A stretch of 35,499 bases of DNA from an uncultured Bacteroidales bacterium (lineage in GTDB: Bacteria > Bacteroidota > Bacteroidia > Bacteroidales > JBBRXJ01), in NCBI GenBank assembly GCA_964390955.1, contig CAYMKE010000003.1, forward strand, positions 1-35,499. Direction: 5' to 3'. Position 1 is the first letter of the stretch. Each line of letters starts with the position of its first letter. Below are positions 27,649 to 35,499 of this stretch, piece after piece. The translations under genes and the position numbers were made by a program. The notes under the pieces were generated by a model. It saw nothing but the letters and a program-made list of their open reading frames with translations, had not been told where the DNA came from and made no database searches.

Positions 27649-27809
27649 TACCAGTTGGGATACCTGCAAACCCCAGGACACGAGAAAAAGCATAACAGAC
27701 TCAACGGTTAAATGTTTATAGCGGGATAGTTGTTTTTTATTGAACGGATGTACATTTTAAAAAACATTCATAAAAATATACTAACCATGTTCGTTATTTG
27801 AATAATTAT

Positions 27810-27841
27810 CTTGATCAATATGGGATTAATTTATACCTTTG
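27810..27841 (+). promoter_or_regulatory. Putative Bacteroidota promoter of the 921-aa gene
   Basis: CTTG at 27810-27813, 20-nt spacer, TACCTTTG at 27834-27841. Confidence 0.5.
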
Positions 27842-27885
27842 GCTTTTAAAATATATTATACATATTTAAAAAAAAATACTTTTTC

Positions 27886-30651
27886 ATGCATAAAAAAACG
27901 ATTATAAGTACTATTGTTGTAAGCGCTGTTGCCCTGATAATCGTTGCTTTTTTCCTTTTTAAAAAAAGTCATGTGCAATATACCAACGCGTTGAATGCTG
28001 TTCCGCTTGATGCTTTTTTCATTATTGAAGTCAATGATTTTCCATTATTGTCTCATAATCTTTTAGATGAAAACAAATTATGGGATAAATTTAAAAACAT
28101 TCCTGATTGTAAACGATTTAATGAGACATTAACATTTCTGGATTCGCTTTACCGTTCAGAAGATTTTATAAAACAAATGTTCAATAATCAATCTTTAATT
28201 TTTTCAATGCATAAGAAAGGGCGTAGTGAAGTAGGCACGATTGGATATGTCAGTCTTCCTTATCCGGGTATGTACAATAAGATCAAAGAAGAGATCAACA
28301 AACATGTTTCAACGGAAAATATAAAAGAAAGAAAATACAGTCAGACCACCATTTATGAGGTAAAATACCCTGTTCGGGAAGGAGCATCATATACTTCTTT
28401 TTCATACACGATGTACAAAGGAATTTTTATACTCAGTTATTCATCAATCCTGTTAGAAGATGCTGTACGTCAGCTTAATTTAGATAAGGCCATAACAGAC
28501 GATAAGAATTTTATAAAGACTGCCAAGACAGCAGGGAAAAAGGCTTCGGCAAATATTTACATAAACCATCAAAACCTGCCCGATTTTGTAAGAACATTTA
28601 TTGATCCCGGCAAAAAAATACAAGGCATAAAACACATTGCCAATTGGACGGAATTAGATGTAAAAATTAAAAACGATGCGGCTCTGTTCAATGGTTTGAG
28701 TTATGCCAATGATTCGTTAAATTATTTTCTGTCAACTCTGGCAAACCAATCTTCACATGAGTTTAACCTTGAAAATGTTATCCCCTCGGTAACCGGTGGT
28801 TTTTTTGCATTAGGAATTAAAGATATTGAATTATTTCAAAAAAATCATAAACTCTATTTAAATAAATCCGGTAATATATCTTTTTATAAAAAGGTAAATG
28901 AGCGGTTTAAAAGTAATTATAAAACGACCCCCGAAAAATTCTTAAACAAATTTTTTAATACCGAGATAGCGCTTGTATTCACAAACTTTAAAAATTATTC
29001 ACTTGAAGAAAATACATTTGTTGTAATGAATACAAAGGGCCAAAGCATTGCAAAAGAAGCACTTTTAGAAATCATTAACCAACATGCCCGGAAAACCGGC
29101 ACATCTGAATCAGAATACATCAAAGAACATCAAATAGACCGGAATGAAACATTTAATATATACATGTTTCCGGAAAGCTCATTTATCCCTGCATTATTTG
29201 GAGAAATATTCAACCATAAATCATGCAATCATTTTTTATTTATTGATAATCATCTTATTTTTGGAAGTTCTGTAAAATCACTTGCCAGTTTTAAATACCG
29301 GCATACACTTGGAAAAACATTTAACAATAATATTATATATAAAAACACGGGTAAATATTTGTCATCACAGTCAAACTTTTATGCATACATAAATTTCGCA
29401 ACCGGAAAATTATTCTTGTCTGAATATTTGAAAGATGAGATACTGGATTTTTATAATGACCATTATGAATTATTAAGCAATGCACAAAACTGCTTTTTAC
29501 AAATCAGTTCCGAAGGAAATGAAATGTTTTATAATAACCTGTTTATAAAATACGATGACAAACTTAGGCAGACTGCAAATACGCAATGGGAAAGTGTTTT
29601 GGACACGAATGTATGGAACAAGCCAGCATTTGTTAAAAATCATCGTACCGGTGAAAATGAAATATTTGTCCAGGACCTGGATAATAATGTTTACCTGATT
29701 AATCCATCCGGGAGAACATTATGGAAAAAACAGATCAATGGAAAAATAATAAGCGATATTTACCAGATAGACTTTTATAAAAATGGCAATCTGCAAATGC
29801 TCTTCAGTACAAAAAACCACATTTATTTGCTCGACAGAAACGGGAACAATGTTGAACGGTATCCTGTTAAACTAAGATCACCGGCAACGACAGGGATTTC
29901 TTTGTTTGATTATGAAAAAAATAAAAAATACCGTATATTTGTAAGTTGTAAAAATAAAAAGGTTTATAATTATAATAAAGAAGGTAATTTATTGGAAGGA
30001 TGGACATTTGGAAAAACCGAAACTCAGGTTACATCGAGTGTGCAGCATTTCAGGGTAGACGCAAAAGATTACATTGTTTTTGCTGATAAATACAGAATTT
30101 ATATTTTAAATCGCAAAGGAGAAGAAAGAGTGGCAGTCAACAATCATTTTGCAAAATCAGTAAATAATCCTTTCTTTCCAGACATGGAAGGGCCAAATCC
30201 CCGTTTGGTTACAACTGACACAAATGGCACTGTTCAATTTATTTATTTCAACGGGAAAGGAGAACAGGTAAATATACACCCATATTCATCCAATCATTAT
30301 TTTAAATATAATGATCTTGATGCCGATGGTACGAAAGATTATATTTTTGTTGACGAAAATAAGCTCGAAGCCTTTCAGCAAAACAAAGAAAAAATTTTTG
30401 ATTATCAATTTCATCATCCCATTCAAACCGAACCTTTTTATTATGTTTTTTCTGAAAGAGACCATCGCCTGGGTGTGACAGATAAAATAACAGGGAAAAT
30501 CTATTTATTCATGAGCAATGGCAAACTAACCGAAAACTTCCCATGTTCAGGAGTTACACCATTTAGTATCAATAAATTCAACGATTCTCAAAATAATTTT
30601 AACTTAATTGTTGGAAGTAGTCATAATTTTTTGTATAATTATACTTTATAA
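27886..30651 (+). CDS. Large membrane-anchored conserved hypothetical protein (DUF3352-like N-part, C-terminal beta-propeller-like repeats)
   Basis: Single N-terminal TM helix; C-terminal D-x-x-x-N-G / DLDADG / LDRNG repeats. Confidence 0.6.
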   Translation: MHKKTIISTIVVSAVALIIVAFFLFKKSHVQYTNALNAVPLDAFFIIEVNDFPLLSHNLLDENKLWDKFKNIPDCKRFNETLTFLDSLYRSEDFIKQMFNNQSLIFSMHKKGRSEVGTIGYVSLPYPGMYNKIKEEINKHVSTENIKERKYSQTTIYEVKYPVREGASYTSFSYTMYKGIFILSYSSILLEDAVRQLNLDKAITDDKNFIKTAKTAGKKASANIYINHQNLPDFVRTFIDPGKKIQGIKHIANWTELDVKIKNDAALFNGLSYANDSLNYFLSTLANQSSHEFNLENVIPSVTGGFFALGIKDIELFQKNHKLYLNKSGNISFYKKVNERFKSNYKTTPEKFLNKFFNTEIALVFTNFKNYSLEENTFVVMNTKGQSIAKEALLEIINQHARKTGTSESEYIKEHQIDRNETFNIYMFPESSFIPALFGEIFNHKSCNHFLFIDNHLIFGSSVKSLASFKYRHTLGKTFNNNIIYKNTGKYLSSQSNFYAYINFATGKLFLSEYLKDEILDFYNDHYELLSNAQNCFLQISSEGNEMFYNNLFIKYDDKLRQTANTQWESVLDTNVWNKPAFVKNHRTGENEIFVQDLDNNVYLINPSGRTLWKKQINGKIISDIYQIDFYKNGNLQMLFSTKNHIYLLDRNGNNVERYPVKLRSPATTGISLFDYEKNKKYRIFVSCKNKKVYNYNKEGNLLEGWTFGKTETQVTSSVQHFRVDAKDYIVFADKYRIYILNRKGEERVAVNNHFAKSVNNPFFPDMEGPNPRLVTTDTNGTVQFIYFNGKGEQVNIHPYSSNHYFKYNDLDADGTKDYIFVDENKLEAFQQNKEKIFDYQFHHPIQTEPFYYVFSERDHRLGVTDKITGKIYLFMSNGKLTENFPCSGVTPFSINKFNDSQNNFNLIVGSSHNFLYNYTL

Positions 30652-30692
30652 AATCAGATACCATGAAACAAGCATGATTATAAAAAGGAAAG

Positions 30693-30790
30693 AAAGGCAT
30701 AAAGGATATAGAGGTATAGAGGATATAAGGGTCAACATACCCCTATCCTACACGCCCTCTAAACCTCTAAACTCAATCAACTCAATCAAC
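30693..30790. repeat. 8-9-bp period tandem repeats forming two partly complementary arms
   Basis: AAAGGCAT AAAGGATAT AGAGGTAT AGAGGATAT, then CCTCTAAA CCTCTAAA CTCAATCAA CTCAATCAA. Confidence 0.55.
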
Positions 30791-30804
30791 TTAATTATAA
30801 ATAT

Positions 30805-32502
30805 ATGAAATCACTACAATACAAAAACAGGAAATGGGTATATTTAATCTATACAAGTGCTGTTTTAAGCATTTTATTGATTTTGCATGCCTGTGTAAAA
30901 GAATATCATGATTACAGTAAATTTTCTGACCGGGCAGAATTGGATTCAAGAATCATTACACCGGTAGCATATGGAAACTTTACTGTTGAAGAATTGCTGA
31001 CAGAATTCGACCAAAAAAACAGGGTTGACGTTTATGATGCGCCGGAAAAAGGATTGTTATATCTTGTTTATAAAACCGGTGACACCTCAAGAACAGGTAT
31101 ACAAGAATTTGGTTTTGGAGTACAACAATATACCGAGGGGTATGTAGCTTCCGATTACCCCAGCCTCGAAGACACCAACCAATGGGCAACGTATTTACCT
31201 CATACATTTGAAAAAAACTTATCATTACAGCTTGATGATGAAATCATTGACAGTATTATTTTAGACGAAATAACCCTTGAATTCAATGTAATATCTACCA
31301 TTAAACATAACGGAACCATTACAATTGAAATGCCAACACTCAGGCAGGAAACAAACCCTTCTATGCATTACACCCACATAATAAATAATGGTTTGTCCGG
31401 ATATAATAAAATAGTAACGCAAAATTTAAATAATTATACGTTGGGCGTCCGTCCAACCAATGAAATACCCGTGAATATAACCATTGATTTTGATAATTCC
31501 GGGAATGGTGTTGAGCCTACCGATTCAATCCATATTGAAGTTTCATTAAAAAATATATTATACAGAACAGCTTTTGGTTATTTTGGACAGGATACATTGA
31601 TGGCAGAAGATTCGATAAACCTTGACATTGACCTGCTGGAAAGCATGAAACAATTTCATTTTGAAGACCCCAGGCTGTTTATAAATATAGACAATTCATA
31701 TGGATTACCCATGCGGGTTGAGTTTGAAGATATGTTTACACGAAATGATTCCGGTACTGTCATTCCACTAACATTTAAAGAAAGTAATGCATTTGACATT
31801 AACTGGCCTGACCTGACACAAATGGGTGAATATGTGAATACCAACAGAACACTTAATGATGATAATCTCAATAATTTTGCCGATGCATTTAACAGCAACC
31901 CAAGTGTATTGCGCTATACAGTAAGGACGATATACAACCCTACAGGCACTGTTAATAGGAATGAATTCATACAACATAACAGCAATCTTATCCTGGGCAG
32001 TAGAATTGAACTGCCGTTTTATGGATGGACTGATAACAGCAGTGTAAGCGATACAATGGACTTTGATTATGCATCAACGTTTGAAGGAGATGAGTCTGTT
32101 ATTCAGCGGTTAACATTGACCATTTCTACTGAAAATGGTATCCCTACGGATATTTTAAGCCAGGTATATTTAACAGATTCAAATCATAAGTATGTGGATT
32201 CACTTTTTGTTCCAACAACTGCCAATCCTGATGAATATCGCTTATTAACCAAAGCTGCTGTGATGGACAATAACTTTGAAGTCGTGGAGATAAGCAGTAA
32301 CAAAATTTCAATCATTAAAGAAGGTAAAGAAATAGCTGAAAAATGGAAAAATGTAAAAAAAATGATATTATGTGCTTATTTTAAAACTTTTGAAGTAGAT
32401 CAAAATAGAAACATAAAAATATATTCTGATCAGGAATTTAATATACAAATAGGCGCTGATATAGATTATAAAGTTGGAACTAATGATTTACAAGGCTTTT
32501 AA
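30805..32502 (+). CDS. Hypothetical beta-rich lipoprotein
   Basis: Lipobox LHAC after a hydrophobic stretch; acidic, beta-rich; internally repeated N.YGLP / ENGIP motif. Confidence 0.65.
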   Translation: MKSLQYKNRKWVYLIYTSAVLSILLILHACVKEYHDYSKFSDRAELDSRIITPVAYGNFTVEELLTEFDQKNRVDVYDAPEKGLLYLVYKTGDTSRTGIQEFGFGVQQYTEGYVASDYPSLEDTNQWATYLPHTFEKNLSLQLDDEIIDSIILDEITLEFNVISTIKHNGTITIEMPTLRQETNPSMHYTHIINNGLSGYNKIVTQNLNNYTLGVRPTNEIPVNITIDFDNSGNGVEPTDSIHIEVSLKNILYRTAFGYFGQDTLMAEDSINLDIDLLESMKQFHFEDPRLFINIDNSYGLPMRVEFEDMFTRNDSGTVIPLTFKESNAFDINWPDLTQMGEYVNTNRTLNDDNLNNFADAFNSNPSVLRYTVRTIYNPTGTVNRNEFIQHNSNLILGSRIELPFYGWTDNSSVSDTMDFDYASTFEGDESVIQRLTLTISTENGIPTDILSQVYLTDSNHKYVDSLFVPTTANPDEYRLLTKAAVMDNNFEVVEISSNKISIIKEGKEIAEKWKNVKKMILCAYFKTFEVDQNRNIKIYSDQEFNIQIGADIDYKVGTNDLQGF

Positions 32503-32534
32503 TATCTTATTTAGACCCAAATAGATAAAAAATT

Positions 32535-34040
32535 ATGAAACAAATAAAATTAAAAATACCTGTATTATTTATTTTGGTTATTTCTTTTGTAAGTAACATT
32601 TACTCACAAGAAGTCAACACCATGTACTTTATGGATGAAGTACCACAGGCAAATTATTTAAATCCTGCACGCCAGCACAGGTGTGATGTATATATTGGAT
32701 GCCCACTGGCGGGGCCCTTAAAATATTCATATAATACAAATGGATTAACGTATAACAGTTTTGTTTCCCAGTCAACAACATTAAATGATTCTGTGATTAC
32801 ATTTTTGCATCCTGAGGAAGGAGACAAAGAAGCATTTTTTAATACATTAAGGCCGGTTAATTATTTAAACGAAGATGTATCCTTTAATTTGGCATCCATT
32901 GGCATTCGTTTCAGTGATGAATATTATATTACATTTGATATAAAAGAGAAATTTAATTCTTACCTCAGTTATCCCAAAGACCTGTTTTTGCTTCTTGGAG
33001 ATGATGGAAATGCAAAAGGGGAAATGAATATGGATGGGTTAGGGTTGAGTTTTACGCATTACAGGGAATATGCACTGGGCATATCCCAAAAAATAAATGA
33101 CAAATGGATATTTGGATTTCGTGGAAAAATACTTTTTGGAAAAGCCAATGTGTCATCGTTAAACAGTTTTAAAATCACCAGTGATATGGATGAGTGGTCA
33201 ATCCCTAGCTCATCAATTAATATTAATGCTACACTGCCTTCTTTTATGGAAGTAAATTATGATGAAGATGGATATTTAAAAGATATATCTACTGATACCA
33301 TAAGTTCATCAGATATTAAAAACTATATGTTTAACACCAGCAATTGGGGAGGAGCATTTGATTTCGGATTCATTTTCACGCCATCTGAAAAACTTGAATT
33401 TGACTTAAGCCTCATAGATATAGGAGCTATTTCATGGCGAAAAAATGTATATAATTTTGAGCAAAACGATGATTTAATATTTAGAGGAGCTGATTTAAAT
33501 CACATGCTCGACTCCACTAAACCTGATGAAACCTTAGATACATTCAATTTACTCGGATCATCGTTTGGTTATACAACTCCTCTTGCCACTAAATTGTTTT
33601 TTGGCGGAAGGTATATCTTATCAGAAACAGTTAGCTTTGGAGTTATCTCGCGAACACAACTTTATAATAGCAAACTATACTCTCAACTTACAATGTCTGC
33701 CAACTTTAGAAGTAATTTCTTCTCTTGTGCAGTGTCATATTCTTTTATGAACAATCGGTATAAAAATATTGGCCTTGGGTTTAATTTTAAAGTGGGGCCC
33801 TTCAATCTGTATGTAATATGTGATAATGTCCCGGTTGAATTTAATGAAGTCAGTTTTAGTGATCCATCGGATAATGAGTTGCTCAATGATGGTTCTAATT
33901 CTTCCGGCGCTTCTATTAAAACCCAAAGCAGTGATGCTATACTGACACCGTACGATTTCCATGGATTTAACATTAACTTTGGTTTAAACCTTGAGTTTGG
34001 TTGTAAGCATGAAATTACCGACAGGCCTCTCATTGAATAA
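32535..34040 (+). CDS. DUF5723-like outer-membrane beta-barrel protein
   Basis: Signal peptide; NTMYFM..VPQANYLNPA, HYREYALG, GFRGKILFG.AN, FDFG, SLIDIG.ISW motifs. Confidence 0.7.
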   Translation: MKQIKLKIPVLFILVISFVSNIYSQEVNTMYFMDEVPQANYLNPARQHRCDVYIGCPLAGPLKYSYNTNGLTYNSFVSQSTTLNDSVITFLHPEEGDKEAFFNTLRPVNYLNEDVSFNLASIGIRFSDEYYITFDIKEKFNSYLSYPKDLFLLLGDDGNAKGEMNMDGLGLSFTHYREYALGISQKINDKWIFGFRGKILFGKANVSSLNSFKITSDMDEWSIPSSSININATLPSFMEVNYDEDGYLKDISTDTISSSDIKNYMFNTSNWGGAFDFGFIFTPSEKLEFDLSLIDIGAISWRKNVYNFEQNDDLIFRGADLNHMLDSTKPDETLDTFNLLGSSFGYTTPLATKLFFGGRYILSETVSFGVISRTQLYNSKLYSQLTMSANFRSNFFSCAVSYSFMNNRYKNIGLGFNFKVGPFNLYVICDNVPVEFNEVSFSDPSDNELLNDGSNSSGASIKTQSSDAILTPYDFHGFNINFGLNLEFGCKHEITDRPLIE

Positions 34041-34196
34041 GTTCCTGTTATATAAATTTTAACTCAAAGAATAATACATTTATTTATTCGTTTCTTATTT
34101 AGTGTTTATATAAGTCCAACTTCTTTGTTATTGCTCAAAACTTAGATCAATAACAATGTATTAACAACACTTTTAAACGTATAAAATAAAAACAAA

Positions 34197-34451
34197 ATGA
34201 CAGGATTATTAAGAACTATATTAATAATTGCAGCTGTTTATTATATATTAAAACTATTGATAAAATATGTGATGCCATATGTTGCTAAATATTTTATTAA
34301 ACGGATGCAACGTAATTATGGAGCACAATCAAGGCATTCTGACACAAAAAAAGAAGGCGAGGTTATCATAGAAAATAAGGATAAACGGGGCAATGAAAAG
34401 ATATTTGATAAAAATGAAGGGGATTATATTGATTATGATGAAGTAAAATAA
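34197..34451 (+). CDS. DUF4834-like small membrane protein
   Basis: N-terminal TM helix, KKEGEVII, C-terminal GDYIDYDEVK. Confidence 0.7.
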   Translation: MTGLLRTILIIAAVYYILKLLIKYVMPYVAKYFIKRMQRNYGAQSRHSDTKKEGEVIIENKDKRGNEKIFDKNEGDYIDYDEVK

Positions 34452-34457
34452 ATGATG

Positions 34458-35450
34458 TTAAAATAAAATATCCCTTGTTACATTAATATTAAAAGCATAA
34501 TCTATGGCCATTTGCTTTTTTTGGTAATACTGGTACAAAGGGATGTCAAATGTAATCGAAATATTCCATAATTCCTCTAATGTGTAATTAAGCTGTGGCG
34601 ACATAAAAAAGACAACGCTCCCTGAATTAGGCACATTCTTCCATTCAGCATCAGTAATGTCTTTTGACAAATATTTATTTTTCCCTTTTATTTCATTGCG
34701 TATTTGCAATATAGCAGTCCAATTTTGACTTAACCATTCGAGTGAAGGAGGCAAATGCAAATGCTTACTTATAAAAAGAGATGTTGTGAGTGCATTTCCA
34801 AATTCATATTGTTTATGTTCATAAAAATCAGGAATACTTGGGAAGTTATGTTCATATTGTGCAATCAGAAAAAACCTGAGTGCCTGAAATGGAATTTCTT
34901 TAATGACATACAATTTCCCTACCACCCCATAGGCTCCTCCAGAAGACTGGGCTTCGGTAGCTAATTCCACCCCGTCTTTTGTTTGAGCATTATGGCGCAG
35001 TGGTATTTTTCCTCCGATTCCCAGCGTGGTTTCAAACCGTTTATCCAGGTTTGAAATTGCTTTATATTTCGCGGTGATTAATGCATTTGAAAAACCATTG
35101 CCAATTTCATTTGCTTTCACAGGAAAATACCTTTTTTTATCTATAAAATACCCGAATTCAGTTTCCAAAGTAAGTTTTTCTGTAATCCCATAAGCCAGGA
35201 ACCCGCCTAAATAATCAAACAATGCCCTGTCAAATGTTGTTCCTTCTTTTTTTGTATATAACTCATCTCCAAAAAAATAACGGCTTGAAGTGCTGTGTTT
35301 ATAAAATGAAGCAACACGTAATGAGTGCTTATTCACAACCCCCATGTTTAAATTCCCTCCTATGGGATTCCCCGGTGAGGTAAAACATTGAGAATATGTG
35401 TTTGATAACAGAAAGTGTAGCAGAAAAATATAGTAAATACAATATTTCAT
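34458..35450 (-). CDS. Hypothetical exported/outer-membrane beta-barrel protein
   Basis: Signal peptide, alternating beta-strand pattern, G.KIP and DIPLYQ motifs, C-terminal Phe. Confidence 0.6.
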   Translation of the reverse strand: MKYCIYYIFLLHFLLSNTYSQCFTSPGNPIGGNLNMGVVNKHSLRVASFYKHSTSSRYFFGDELYTKKEGTTFDRALFDYLGGFLAYGITEKLTLETEFGYFIDKKRYFPVKANEIGNGFSNALITAKYKAISNLDKRFETTLGIGGKIPLRHNAQTKDGVELATEAQSSGGAYGVVGKLYVIKEIPFQALRFFLIAQYEHNFPSIPDFYEHKQYEFGNALTTSLFISKHLHLPPSLEWLSQNWTAILQIRNEIKGKNKYLSKDITDAEWKNVPNSGSVVFFMSPQLNYTLEELWNISITFDIPLYQYYQKKQMAIDYAFNINVTRDILF

Positions 35451-35499
35451 ATGTTTATTTTTTATTTTTCAATGGTCATATGGAACCGCATGATTAAAA

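Noticed and set aside
30608-30808. 66-aa ORF bridging two genes
   Set aside because: It overlaps both neighbours and is largely low-complexity repeat sequence

Overview
AT-rich bacterial chromosomal window, very likely Bacteroidota (gldB next to nadE, PorT-like barrels, several TAnnTTTG -7 promoter boxes). Most of it is housekeeping or envelope genes: aroA, aroC, fprA, nadE, hypA, gldB, clpB, prfB with its programmed +1 frameshift, tex, dtd and lipoprotein/outer-membrane barrel pairs. Four parts deserve a closer look. (1) About 10.7-13.4 kb looks like a decayed integron-like gene-cassette array. It has an attC-like hairpin, an internally deleted UvrD-like helicase, a RelE/ParE toxin-antitoxin pair, a broken ORF, the 3' end (DV-DVI) of a group IIC intron on the minus strand at an attC-like position, and an exact 53-bp direct repeat. 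(2) The chorismate synthase is strongly divergent: the GESH signature reads GGSY and there is a ~60-aa insertion. (3) A compact HD / YnjE-like triple rhodanese / SufS / SufE sulfur-relay operon has no SufBCD nearby. (4) A membrane-anchored LytTR regulator sits in front of a B12-dependent radical SAM enzyme. Several REP/MITE-like palindromes are also present. I saw no rRNA, tRNA or CRISPR array. All calls come from motif reading by eye, with no database searches.
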